Positions 18,390 through 28,456 of a stretch of DNA of 248,000 nucleotides are shown here, piece by piece. The notes beneath the pieces were generated by a model. The model was not told the origin of the DNA and did no database searches. It saw nothing but the letters and a program-made list of their open reading frames with translations. Numbering within the stretch: the stretch's first letter is position 1; each line of letters begins with the position of its first letter. This DNA is from Hyalangium minutum (GTDB taxonomy: Bacteria > Myxococcota > Myxococcia > Myxococcales > Myxococcaceae): contig NZ_JMCB01000005.1 in assembly GCF_000737315.1 (NCBI RefSeq), positions 20,001-268,000 on the forward strand, written 5' to 3'. Position numbers and translations under genes: made by a program.

Positions 18390-20518
18390 GCGCCGTGGAC
18401 GCGGCCTCCTGGCCTCTGGAGCGCCTCTCGGAGGCGATGCTCGCTCTGGGCCGCTGGAGCGGGCTGGTGCCGAAGCAGGTGGAGCTGGCGCCGCCTCCGG
18501 GCTGGCTGGGCACGGGCGACCGCTATCAGCTGACGCGGTGGATCGCCGCGGCGGGCCGGTGGATCGGGGTGGACGTGGTGCACCTCGACACGCCTTATGT
18601 GGAGGTGGACTCGCTGCTGCGGGGCGCGGGGCCGGCGCTGCTGATGCTGTCGGAGAGCGATGCGCAGGTGCCGCGCTTCCTGCTGCTGGCGCGGGGCGGC
18701 CGGCACAAGGTCAGCGTCCTCGGGCCGGATCTCCAGCTCCACGCGCTGCCACTCGAGGAGGTCCGCAAGCGGCTCTGCCACCGGTTGGAGAGCCACGTCC
18801 GAAAGGATGTCGAGGAGGTACTGGCGGCCACAGGCCTGAAGGGGCGGCGCCGGCGGCGGGCCGAGGACGGGCTCTATCGAGGGCTGCTCGGATCCAGGAA
18901 CGTCTCGGGCTGCTGGGGGCTCCGTCCGCTGCCGGGGAGCGACTTCTGGCATCAGGCTCAGCAGGCCGGGCTGATGCGGCGGCTGGGCACGTTCCTGGGG
19001 GCCCATGCCCTCCAGTATGGGCTCTGGCTGGTGTCGTGGTGGCTGATCGGCAAGGCGGCGCTGGAGGGGATTCTCGCTCCAGGGTGGTTGCTGGCGTGGG
19101 GGCTCGTTCTCGCGACGGTGATTCCCCTGCGCTTGCTGGCCTCGTGGTCCGGCGGGCACCTGGCCATCCTCGTGGGCACGCTGCTCAAGCAGCGCCTGCT
19201 GGTAGGGGCGCTCAAGCTGGAGCCCGAGGAGATCCGCACTCAAGGCACAGGCCAGCTCCTGGGCAAGGTCCTCGAGTCCCAGGCCGTCGAGTCGCTCGCC
19301 ATCAGTGGAGGCCTGAGCGCGGGAATGGCTTCGATCGAGCTGCTCGCAGCGGGGCTGCTCTTCCTCGCCGCGCCCAGTGGGACGTTGTCCCTGGCGCTGC
19401 TGGTGGGCACGCTCGGGGTGATGGGGTACTGCGCGGTGCGCTACTGGCGGGCGCGCCAGCGGTGGACCCACCAGCGCCTCACCCTGACGCATACGCTGGT
19501 GGAGAACCTGCTGGGACACCGCACGCGGATCGTCCAGCAGCCTCGGGAGCAGTGGCACACCTCCGAGGATCAAGCGCTCGAGGACTACCTGGCGCCCTCC
19601 CGCTCCGTGGATCGCGCGGCGGTGGTGCTGAGCCTGCTCATCCCGCATGCGTGGCTGATCCTCGGAGTGGCAGGTCTGGCGCCTGCCTTCCTGGGCGGGG
19701 CGGCGGGCGTGTCGGACGTGGCCGTGGTGCTGGGCATCACGCTGCTGGCGTACCAGTCCCTGCGGCGGTTCGCCTCGGGACTGATCAACCTGTCGGGAGC
19801 GGGGATCGCCTGGAGCCAGATCCGCGCCATCTTCCAGGCGGCGGCGAGGCCGGAGCGGGCGGGGCACCCGGAGTTCGCGCTGGCCCGGCAGGGCGAGGCA
19901 CCCTCACATGCAGTGGTGAATGGCTCGGGGCTCGTCTACCGGTATGAGGGGCGGGTGACTCCCGTGCTGAGCGGCGCGGATCTGCGCATCCACCTCGGCG
20001 AGCGGATCCTCCTGGAGGGGCCCTCGGGAGGCGGCAAGTCCACGCTCGGCTCGGTGCTCGCGGGACTGCGCTCCCAGGAGTCGGGCCTGCTGCTCGCGGA
20101 TGGACTGGACCGCCACACGCTGGGGGATGTGGGCTGGGCGCGGCGGATTGTCTCGGCGCCGCAGTTCCACGAGAACCACGTGCTGACGGGCACCTTCGCC
20201 TTCAACCTGCTGATGGGCTGCGAGTGGCCTCCCCGTGGTGCGGACCTCCAAGAGGCGGAGGCCCTCTGTCACGAGCTGGGGCTGGGGGAGCTCCTCTCCC
20301 GGATGCCCTCGGGGCTCCAGCAGCAGTTGGGAGAGATTGGCTGGCAGCTCTCGCATGGTGAGCGCAGCCGCCTCTTCATTGCCCGGGCGCTGCTGCAGAA
20401 GTCGAGCCTCGTCATCCTCGACGAGAGCTTTGCCGCGCTGGATCCGGAGACGCTCCGGGTGGCCATGCGCTGTGTCTTCGAGCGCGCGCCCAGCCTGCTC
20501 GTCATCGCCCACCCGTAG
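18386..20518 (+). CDS. ABC exporter subunit (degenerate N-terminal domain)
   Basis: GPSGGGKST, LSHGERSR, ILDE. Confidence 0.85.
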   Translation: MSAVDAASWPLERLSEAMLALGRWSGLVPKQVELAPPPGWLGTGDRYQLTRWIAAAGRWIGVDVVHLDTPYVEVDSLLRGAGPALLMLSESDAQVPRFLLLARGGRHKVSVLGPDLQLHALPLEEVRKRLCHRLESHVRKDVEEVLAATGLKGRRRRRAEDGLYRGLLGSRNVSGCWGLRPLPGSDFWHQAQQAGLMRRLGTFLGAHALQYGLWLVSWWLIGKAALEGILAPGWLLAWGLVLATVIPLRLLASWSGGHLAILVGTLLKQRLLVGALKLEPEEIRTQGTGQLLGKVLESQAVESLAISGGLSAGMASIELLAAGLLFLAAPSGTLSLALLVGTLGVMGYCAVRYWRARQRWTHQRLTLTHTLVENLLGHRTRIVQQPREQWHTSEDQALEDYLAPSRSVDRAAVVLSLLIPHAWLILGVAGLAPAFLGGAAGVSDVAVVLGITLLAYQSLRRFASGLINLSGAGIAWSQIRAIFQAAARPERAGHPEFALARQGEAPSHAVVNGSGLVYRYEGRVTPVLSGADLRIHLGERILLEGPSGGGKSTLGSVLAGLRSQESGLLLADGLDRHTLGDVGWARRIVSAPQFHENHVLTGTFAFNLLMGCEWPPRGADLQEAEALCHELGLGELLSRMPSGLQQQLGEIGWQLSHGERSRLFIARALLQKSSLVILDESFAALDPETLRVAMRCVFERAPSLLVIAHP

Positions 20519-20601
20519 AGCGCCTCACGTTGGCGTACAGGCTCCTGCCCGGCCTCCGCGGGCCAGAGAGACTTGCCCCGCGAGGAACGCCGTGACATAT
20601 T

Positions 20602-22116
20602 TTGGTCATGCAACCAAGATTGATGGACACCGCGAGGGTTGTGCGTCAGGAGGCTGGCATCCGGACGGATCTGCCGTGCTTCCTGTTGCGAGGGGTGTTC
20701 TCCCGGGGCGAGTGTGCCCAAGTCATCCAGGAGGCGGAGGAGGCGGGCTTCCAGGCGATGGGAGGGGACTACCCGCCCTCGTACCGGGACAACGACCGCC
20801 GGGTCCGCGACGACGCGGCGCTGGCGGAGGCTGTCTTCGAGCGCATTCGTCCCTTCTTGCCTGAGCGGCTCGTGGACGCGTCGGGTGAGGCGTGGCGCCT
20901 GCAGGGGCTCAACCCGCGCTTCCGCTTCTGCCGCTACCGGGGAGGCCAGCGGTTCTGCATCCACCGGGATGGGGCGTATGCACAGAGCCCCCAGGTGCGC
21001 TCGCGGCTGACGTGCATGCTGTACCTCAACGACAGCGGGGAGTTCTCCGGCGGAGCGACGCGCTACTACGCCGAGCGCACGGAGGACGCGGGGTTGCTGG
21101 GCGTGGTGCGGCCCGAGGCGGGCACGCTGATCGTCTTCGACCACGAGCTCTGGCACGACGGAGAGGCCGTCACCTCGGGCACCAAGTACGTGATGCGGAC
21201 GGATGTCCTCTATGAGCGCGAGTCGCTCGGGCGCGGTGACACGGCGGAGGTGCTCACCGGGCACCAGGGCTACGTCTGGCATGTGCTGGCCCGCCGGGAT
21301 GGGAGCCTGGCCACCGCCTCCCGCGATGGGACCGTGCGGCTGTGGAAGCAGTCGAGGGACACGTGGCGGCAGGACGCGGTGCTCACGGGGCACACGGCTT
21401 CGGTCGTCGCGCTGGCGGAGGACAGCGAGGGAAGGCTGTGGAGCGCGTCGCGAGACCGCACCGTGCGCCGCTGGGAGGCGGGGACCTCTCAGGTCATCGG
21501 CCGTCACGAGGGAGCCGTGCTGTGCCTCGCCGCGCTGCCGGATGGGCAGCTGGCGAGCGGTGGCGCGGATGGAGCCATTCGCTTGTGGTCCGCACAGGGA
21601 GCGCCCCTCGGTGTCCTGCGTGGACACACCGGCTGGATCTGGGCGCTCGTTCCGCTCGAGGGCGGACGGCTCGCCTCGGCCTCCGAGGACGGCACGGTGC
21701 GCCTGTGGAGCCTGGAGACGCTGCGTGAGGCCTCCGCACCCGCAGAGACTGGAGCACCGGTGCGTGCACTCGCCGCCCTTCCTTCCGGAAGGCTCATCTC
21801 CGGCCAGGCCACAGGGGAACTCTCCCAGTGGCAGCTCGTGCAGGCTCCTCACCTGGCCCTGGAGCTTCGGGGTTGCCGCCGTGTGCACACCGGTGCTGTG
21901 TGCTCCATCGCTCCGCTCAGTGAGGACAGGGTGGCGAGCGGCGGAGAAGACGACGGCATTCATGTCACCCGCCTGCCGGACTTCACCTCCCTGGCCTCCC
22001 ACCGCCACGAGGGCTTCGTCCGGAGCCTCGCGGTACTGCCTGGGGAGCGGCTCGCGAGCGCCTCCTACGACACCACCGTGCGGCTGTGGCATCCGCCGCA
22101 GCTCCTGCCCGCGTGA
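20602..22116 (+). CDS. 2OG-Fe(II) oxygenase fused to WD40 repeats
   Basis: HRDG...HDG..KYVMRTD; repeated GH...D.TVRLW. Confidence 0.8.
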   Translation: MVMQPRLMDTARVVRQEAGIRTDLPCFLLRGVFSRGECAQVIQEAEEAGFQAMGGDYPPSYRDNDRRVRDDAALAEAVFERIRPFLPERLVDASGEAWRLQGLNPRFRFCRYRGGQRFCIHRDGAYAQSPQVRSRLTCMLYLNDSGEFSGGATRYYAERTEDAGLLGVVRPEAGTLIVFDHELWHDGEAVTSGTKYVMRTDVLYERESLGRGDTAEVLTGHQGYVWHVLARRDGSLATASRDGTVRLWKQSRDTWRQDAVLTGHTASVVALAEDSEGRLWSASRDRTVRRWEAGTSQVIGRHEGAVLCLAALPDGQLASGGADGAIRLWSAQGAPLGVLRGHTGWIWALVPLEGGRLASASEDGTVRLWSLETLREASAPAETGAPVRALAALPSGRLISGQATGELSQWQLVQAPHLALELRGCRRVHTGAVCSIAPLSEDRVASGGEDDGIHVTRLPDFTSLASHRHEGFVRSLAVLPGERLASASYDTTVRLWHPPQLLPA

Positions 22117-22280
22117 GCCTCCGAGCGCCCGGCGGCATGCCTGCTGAGCCTCGCTAGGCGCAGGGCGGACGGATCGCCGCGAGCCTGCTCTCTCGCTTGC
22201 TTCCCCCTGTGACCCACAGCGTCGATCACCACCATGAAGGGACCACGGCGAGTGAGAGAGTTGCCGGCCGGGACCCGACC

Positions 22281-23666
22281 ATGTTGCACGATGCCATCGA
22301 CACCTCCCTATTCCCCGCCTTCCCGCCCCAGGTCCTCGAGGAACTGAAGCGGGAAGGCCAGCTGCGAACCTTCCAGCCTGGTGAGGACCTCTTCATGGAG
22401 GGGCAGGAGGATCCAGGCATCTTCTTCATCCTCTCGGGCGAGGTCCGCATCACCCGGCGCCAAGGCGGCGAGGAGCAGGTGCTGGCCGTCCACCGGCTCG
22501 GAGCGTTCGTAGGCGAGCTCGCCATGCTGGCCGGAGGCACTGCCACCTGCACGGGCCGTGCGCTGAGGCCCACGCGGGTGCTGCAACTGAGCGCGGACAG
22601 GTTCCGCCGCGGTGTGTCCGAGGGCACGCCCCTGGCGAGGTTCGCGCTCCAGTCCGTGGTGGCACGGCACCAGGAGGTGGAGGCGCAGGTCCGCGAGCAG
22701 GAGAAGCTGGCGGCGCTGGGCCGCATGGCCGCGAGCCTGACTCACGAGCTGAACAACCCCGCGGCTGCGGCCCGGCGCGCGGCGGATCAGCTTCGCGAGG
22801 AGTGCCTCACCTCTCAGCAGCGCTCGCTCGCCCAGGATCGCCGGCTGACCGAGGCCCAGTGCAAGGCCCTGTCGGAAGTGCTGCAGGCCCTGCTCGTCTC
22901 GAAGCCCCAGGTCTTGGATGCCCTGGCACGGAGTGCGCTGGAGGACGCGCTCCTCGAGTGGCTGTCGGACCATGGCATGCGGCAGTCGTTCTCTCGCGCC
23001 TCCACCCTGGCGAACGCGGGAGTGGATGTGCCGCACCTGGAGGAACTGGGGGCGGTGCTGGAGGGACAGGCACTGCAGGTGGGGCTGGCGTGGCTCGAGG
23101 CGACGCTCTCGTTGGCGGAGCTCGCGGAGGTGCTCGTCTCGAGCACGGAGCGGCTCACCTCGCTCATCGCCGCTGTGAAGCAGTACACGTACAAGGACCA
23201 GGACACGCTCCAGGAGGTGGACCTGCACTCGGGGCTGGAGGCGACGCTGGCCATGTTCGCCCACCGGATGCGCGGCGGCGTGACGGTGACGCGCGACTAC
23301 GACACCTCGCTGCCCAAGCTCTGGGCCCATGGCGGCGAGCTGAACCAGGTGTGGACCAACCTCATCGAGAACGCCCTGGACGCCATGAAGGACCGCGGCA
23401 CGCTGCTGGTGAGCACCAGCCGCCACGGAGACGAGGTCCACGTGGAGATCGGCGACGACGGCCCAGGCATTCCCGAGGAGCTGCAGTCGCGCATCTGGGA
23501 GCCGTTCTTCACCACCAAGCTCCTGGGCCAGGGCACGGGGCTGGGGCTGGACATCGCGCGGCGCATCGTCGAGCGCCGGCTCGGCGGGCGAATCCACCTG
23601 CAGTCGAAGCCGGGGGACACGCGCTTCCGGGTGGAGCTGCCGCTCAAGCCTGAGCTGCCCCACTAG
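22281..23666 (+). CDS. cNMP-binding sensor histidine kinase
   Basis: cNMP domain; HELNNP; FFTTK..GTGLGL. Confidence 0.85.
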   Translation: MLHDAIDTSLFPAFPPQVLEELKREGQLRTFQPGEDLFMEGQEDPGIFFILSGEVRITRRQGGEEQVLAVHRLGAFVGELAMLAGGTATCTGRALRPTRVLQLSADRFRRGVSEGTPLARFALQSVVARHQEVEAQVREQEKLAALGRMAASLTHELNNPAAAARRAADQLREECLTSQQRSLAQDRRLTEAQCKALSEVLQALLVSKPQVLDALARSALEDALLEWLSDHGMRQSFSRASTLANAGVDVPHLEELGAVLEGQALQVGLAWLEATLSLAELAEVLVSSTERLTSLIAAVKQYTYKDQDTLQEVDLHSGLEATLAMFAHRMRGGVTVTRDYDTSLPKLWAHGGELNQVWTNLIENALDAMKDRGTLLVSTSRHGDEVHVEIGDDGPGIPEELQSRIWEPFFTTKLLGQGTGLGLDIARRIVERRLGGRIHLQSKPGDTRFRVELPLKPELPH

Positions 23667-23735
23667 CGCCCTGTACGAGGCCTGCCTGGTTGCTCCGGGG
23701 GCGGGCTGACTCCAGGTGGGCTGTCCGGCTGATGG

Positions 23736-24284
23736 GTGGTGGCCGGGCGCGGGGGTGCTCATCCCTTAGAGGCAATGGGGGGCCTGGATGCCTCCCGGGG
23801 AGCGGGCATGAGACAGAGCGGCTTTCGAGCGTGGAAGGTGTTGGCCGGCCTGGCCGTGGCTGGGCTGTGTGCGGGCTGCAAGTATCTGCCAGATACAGGC
23901 TCCGTCAGGCAGGAGGGACCTCCCGAGACCTTCTTCGGAACCGAGAAGGCTCACCTGCCTCCGGGCACCTACGCCCGGTACCAGTACTCGCCGGACCGGG
24001 GCTACAACGGCACCATCGCGCAGCTCGGCTCGAGCATTGATCCGCGCACGCCCGAGGCGGCGGGCAAGCTGGGCAACTCGCGCTTGGTGGATGTGACAGG
24101 CCGGCCCGCCCCCCCGGCGCCCGAGCTGGGCGTCAGCGGTAAAGACGTCGCGCTCGAGGTGGGTAATCCCGAAGGCTCGGCTGACATGGGTTGGCGGGCA
24201 CGCCTGGGCTACGATGTGCGCACGAGGAACATCGGCGGTCCTCGATCCGCCGAGAGTCAGCGCGGGTACATCCCGGGCCCATGA
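23736..24284 (+). CDS. hypothetical lipoprotein
   Basis: LCAGC lipobox; start uncertain. Confidence 0.45.
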   Translation: MVAGRGGAHPLEAMGGLDASRGAGMRQSGFRAWKVLAGLAVAGLCAGCKYLPDTGSVRQEGPPETFFGTEKAHLPPGTYARYQYSPDRGYNGTIAQLGSSIDPRTPEAAGKLGNSRLVDVTGRPAPPAPELGVSGKDVALEVGNPEGSADMGWRARLGYDVRTRNIGGPRSAESQRGYIPGP

Positions 24285-24321
24285 GCTTCTCGGAGTCACA
24301 CGGCGGATGACACCTGCCCCC

Positions 24322-26592
24322 CTACGCAGCGCGGACCTTCACGGGCACGTGTTTGTGGTAGGGCGTGCGTGCCAGCGGGTCACAATGCTCGCTCGCCGTG
24401 AGGCGGTTGAGCTGCGGTCCCGCTGGCTCCCCCCCGCGATAGCGCATCCCGTACCCGTGGGGGAGCGTGACCATCCCAGGGCGGAGCGCTTCGTCGAGCT
24501 CGATGGTGACCGCAAGCTCGCCGGTGTCCGACGTGCAGATCGCTCTCGAGCCCTGCACCAGGCCGAGCGCCCGCGCGTCATCCGGGTGCATGCGCATCGC
24601 CCCTTCGAGGTCCGTCTTGCGCCAGGCCGGATCGCGGAAGATCTGGTTGGCGTTGTACGAGCGGCGTTCGCCCGCGAGCAGCACGAGCGGAGGGACGGCC
24701 TCGGGCTCGTCTCGCAGGGCGCGCAGGGCGGCGAGCATCTCGGGGATGTCGAGGTGGATGCGTCCGTCGGCGTGCCGGAGAAATGACCAGGCGTCGTCAA
24801 ACGTGTGGCGCGTCACGAGCACCCCCTCCGGACGATCGAGGATGGCACGGAAGAGCGAGGCTCCGAGGGTGAGGCGATTCCCACGGTGGCCAGCCCTCTG
24901 GACCGCGGCCCGCTCCCGGTTCGCCAGGTCGAGCGTGAGCCCGAGCAGCGGGGCCGTGGCGGCGGGCGGCACGCGCTCCGGGTTCGCGCGCGCGGTTCTC
25001 AGCACCGGGCCGAGCGTGCGATAGGCGATGGACGCCGCGTAGGGGCGCAGGCGCGGCTTGGCTGCGAGCTGGGCGGCGAACGCGGCCAGGAATCCGAAGG
25101 GGTGCGTTGCTGCTGGCTCCACCTCGGCGATGCGCTTGAGCACGGGGAACGTGCGCGGGAGCTCGCCCATCGACTCGAGGAGCCGTGTGTAGATCTCCGC
25201 CTCCGGCAGGGTCTCGGCGCGAGGCGGAAAGAGCGGGTGCCGCACGTGAAATGCGTTGTCCGGGAACTCCAGGTTGAAGCCGGTGCACTCCCACTTCTCG
25301 AACTGCGTAGCCGCCGGCAACACGTAGTGCGCCAGACGTGCGGTCTCCGTCATCGCCACGTCCACGACGACCAGGAGCTCCAGCTTCGAGAAGGCTCGCT
25401 CGTAAGCCGCCGTGTTCGCGCCGGTGAGCACGGGGTTGGCGCTGTCCACGAACATCGCACGGAGGCGATCCTCGCCCTCGTGCTGAATCTCGTCCGGCAG
25501 GATGTTCGGTGGGTACAGCCCGGCGATGGGGTACATCCCGTGGTGAGCGGTGCGCGGGTGGCGCGTGTTGCGCTCGTCGGTATGGCCCAGGATGGGCAGG
25601 AGGAACGAGTGGAAGTTGTTCCCGCCGCGCTTGCCGAAGTGCCCGGTGACGAGAAACAGCAGCTTCTCGAGGTACGAGTTGAGCGTGCTGTGCAGGCTCT
25701 GCTGCAGCCCGAGGTCGACGCGGACGCACGCCGCGCGCGCCTGCGCGAAGCCCCGTGCAACCCGCTCGACGTCCGCGAGCGGCACATCGGCCCGGCGAAC
25801 GAACGCTTCGATTGGAATCGAGCGAAGCGCCTCCTCTAACGCCGGAAAGCCCGTGCAGCGGCGGGAGAGGAACTCGCGGTGGTGCAGCCCGTCCCGGACG
25901 ATGATCGCAAGCATGGCCGCCAGGAGAAATGCGTCGGTCCCCGGGCGGGGCTGGAGGTGCACGTCCGCCAGGCGTGCAGTCTCCGTCTTGCGCGGATCGA
26001 TGACCACCATCGTGCGCGCCGGGTCCTTCTTCAGCTCGCGCAGCGTGTCGCGAGCGTTGGGAATCCCGTGCGCTTGGAAGGGATTGGTGCCGGCGAACAG
26101 GACGAAGTCGGCGTGCTCGACATCCTCCGTGAGGTGGCAGCGCTGATCGCCGAACAGGCGGCCGTTGACCCAGAAGTCGCCGGTCTTTTCCTGGGCGAGC
26201 GCGCTGTAGACAAAGCGGCTCTTCATCGCCTTGAGCAACTGCCTGCTGTAGGCACCGCCGAGGTGGTTCCCCTGGCCGCCACCTCCGTAGAACGCGAAGG
26301 CGCGTCCCCCGTGGCGCTCTCGGAGCGCGATGAGCCTCTGCGCGATGTCTGCGAGCGCTTCGTCCCAGGTGACACGGACGAAGCTGCCGTCGGGCGTTCG
26401 GCGCAGCGGGTGCTCCAGGAGGTCCGCATGCTCCTGGTAGTGCGCCAGCCGCCCGGCCTTCTGACAGAGGTAGCCCTTCGACACCGGATGCGCGTCATCG
26501 CCGCGGATGCCCTTGATGCGCATCCCCTCCGTCTCGACGCGAAGACCACAGTTCCGCGAGCACAGAATGCAGGCCGTCTGTTCCGTGGGCAT
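24322..26592 (-). CDS. molybdopterin-dependent oxidoreductase
   Basis: CILCSRNC...GYLC Fe-S motif; Mo-bis-PGD domains. Confidence 0.85.
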   Translation of the reverse strand: MPTEQTACILCSRNCGLRVETEGMRIKGIRGDDAHPVSKGYLCQKAGRLAHYQEHADLLEHPLRRTPDGSFVRVTWDEALADIAQRLIALRERHGGRAFAFYGGGGQGNHLGGAYSRQLLKAMKSRFVYSALAQEKTGDFWVNGRLFGDQRCHLTEDVEHADFVLFAGTNPFQAHGIPNARDTLRELKKDPARTMVVIDPRKTETARLADVHLQPRPGTDAFLLAAMLAIIVRDGLHHREFLSRRCTGFPALEEALRSIPIEAFVRRADVPLADVERVARGFAQARAACVRVDLGLQQSLHSTLNSYLEKLLFLVTGHFGKRGGNNFHSFLLPILGHTDERNTRHPRTAHHGMYPIAGLYPPNILPDEIQHEGEDRLRAMFVDSANPVLTGANTAAYERAFSKLELLVVVDVAMTETARLAHYVLPAATQFEKWECTGFNLEFPDNAFHVRHPLFPPRAETLPEAEIYTRLLESMGELPRTFPVLKRIAEVEPAATHPFGFLAAFAAQLAAKPRLRPYAASIAYRTLGPVLRTARANPERVPPAATAPLLGLTLDLANRERAAVQRAGHRGNRLTLGASLFRAILDRPEGVLVTRHTFDDAWSFLRHADGRIHLDIPEMLAALRALRDEPEAVPPLVLLAGERRSYNANQIFRDPAWRKTDLEGAMRMHPDDARALGLVQGSRAICTSDTGELAVTIELDEALRPGMVTLPHGYGMRYRGGEPAGPQLNRLTASEHCDPLARTPYHKHVPVKVRAA

Positions 26593-26638
26593 GGCTTGAA
26601 TGATGGGATAGCGATCGTTATCCTGTCAAGACGACACC

Positions 26639-27196
26639 ATGCGTTACTCTACCGACCACAAAGCAGGCACTCGGGACAAGCTCGTGCGCGAGAGCGCGGC
26701 ACTGGCCAAGGAGCAGGGCTTCGCCGCGAGCGGGATCGACGCGCTGGCACGCTCCGCAGGCCTCACCAGCGGGGCATTCTACAAGCACTTCGAAGGCAAG
26801 GAGGCGCTGCTGGCGGCCATCTGCGAAGCGGAGCTCCAATCGACCCAGGAGCGCTTCTCATCCATCGAGCCTCAATCCGAGGAGCAGGTGCTTCGCGCGG
26901 TCGATGCGTACCTGAGCCTCGTGCACGTGCGAAGCCCTGGTGCGGGCTGCGTGTTGCCCGCTCTGGCCGCGGAGATGGGCCGCGCCCCCGCCGCCACCCG
27001 AGCCGTGGTCGAGCGCGCCTTCGAAGAGCTCGTTGCCGTCATCGCTGAGAAGGTCGGCGATCGTGCGCTCGGGAGTGCGCTCGTCACCCAGTGCGTGGGA
27101 GCGGTCTCCGTGGCTCGCGCGCTCTCGACGGAGACGGCCCAACGCGAGGTGCTCGCCCATGCGCGCGTGGCGGTACGGCGGCTGCTGAAGGCTTAG
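26639..27196 (+). CDS. TetR family regulator
   Basis: GLTSGAFYKHF HTH. Confidence 0.9.
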   Translation: MRYSTDHKAGTRDKLVRESAALAKEQGFAASGIDALARSAGLTSGAFYKHFEGKEALLAAICEAELQSTQERFSSIEPQSEEQVLRAVDAYLSLVHVRSPGAGCVLPALAAEMGRAPAATRAVVERAFEELVAVIAEKVGDRALGSALVTQCVGAVSVARALSTETAQREVLAHARVAVRRLLKA

Positions 27197-28290
27197 GTCA
27201 GCACCTCGGTCGGGTCCTTCCCGGCGAAGGTGCTGGCCAGGCCGTTGGCGAGCGCGCGGTGCTGCGCGTCCCCGAGCGTGGCCACCCGGTCCTCGGGAGG
27301 ATGGGCGAAGCGGGCCTCGAGCCGGGCGAGCCGGCGGTGGGCCTCGGTGATGCGCTCGCGCGGGATTCGGCCGGACTCCACGGCCTTCACCACCGCCTCG
27401 ATGGCCCGCCGCTGCACGTCCACGCGGTGGCACACGAGGAACAGATCCACTCCGGCCAGCGTGCCCTGCACCGCGGCCTCCTCCACGGAGTAGTAGTTCG
27501 CGATGGCCTTCATCTCCAGGTCATCGCTCACGAGCACCCCGTCGAAGCCCAGCTCCTGGCGCAGCAGGCCATGGAGCACCTTGTGGCTCATGGTCGCGGG
27601 CACTCCGGGCTCGATGGCGTCGAACAGCACGTGCGCCGTCATCAGCGACGCGAGCCCCGCCTTCCCGAAAGCCTTGAAGGGCACCAGCTCCACGCGGCGC
27701 AGGCGCTCCAAGTCATGCGGTAGCCGGGGCAGGGTGAGGTGGCTGTCCGTGGTGGTGTCTCCGTGGCCGGGGAAGTGCTTGCCGCACGAGGCTACGCCAC
27801 CTGCCTCCAGCCCGCGCCCGAGCGCCACGCCGAGCCGCGCCACCGTCTCCGCATCCCGGCTGAAGCTGCGGTCGCCGATGACGGGGTTGGCTGGGTTGGT
27901 GTCCACATCGAGCACGGGAGCGAAGTCCCAGTCGAAGCCCACGGCGCGCAGCTCGTGCGCGAGCAGCTGCCCCGCGCGCTCGGCGAGGCCCTCGTCCCCG
28001 CGCTGGCCCAGCTCGCGCATGGAGGGCAGGGCGGTGAAGGGCTCCCCGCGCAGCCGGGCCACGCGGCCGCCTTCCTGATCCACCGAGAGGATGAAGGGCC
28101 GCCCCGCGCGCTTCTTGATGTCCCGGCACAGCGCGGCCGTGTCCTGGGCGGAGCCGACGTTCCGCTTGAAGAGGATGGCCCCGAAGATGCCGTCGTCCAT
28201 GAGGGCGGCGAAGTCCCCATCAACGGTGGTGCCTGGGAAGCCCACCATGAAGAGGCGGGCGCAATCGCGGTAGAGGGCGGAGCGGGTCAT
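27193..28290 (-). CDS. nagZ: beta-N-acetylhexosaminidase (GH3)
   Basis: DQEGGRV, KHFPGHG..DSH, SDDLEM. Confidence 0.9.
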   Translation of the reverse strand: MTRSALYRDCARLFMVGFPGTTVDGDFAALMDDGIFGAILFKRNVGSAQDTAALCRDIKKRAGRPFILSVDQEGGRVARLRGEPFTALPSMRELGQRGDEGLAERAGQLLAHELRAVGFDWDFAPVLDVDTNPANPVIGDRSFSRDAETVARLGVALGRGLEAGGVASCGKHFPGHGDTTTDSHLTLPRLPHDLERLRRVELVPFKAFGKAGLASLMTAHVLFDAIEPGVPATMSHKVLHGLLRQELGFDGVLVSDDLEMKAIANYYSVEEAAVQGTLAGVDLFLVCHRVDVQRRAIEAVVKAVESGRIPRERITEAHRRLARLEARFAHPPEDRVATLGDAQHRALANGLASTFAGKDPTEVLT

Positions 28291-28456
28291 TACGGCCTCA
28301 CCTTACCTACATTGGGCTCCAGAGGGAGGGGTGTGAACGGCTTCACACCCAGGACGTGAAGCCCGTCACAGATCCCCTGGCTGGAAAGGAGGCAGGCTTA
28401 CGCAGGGAAGCTCGGAAAGCCGTGAGGCAAGCACGGGCGTGAAAAGGGGGAACTCC

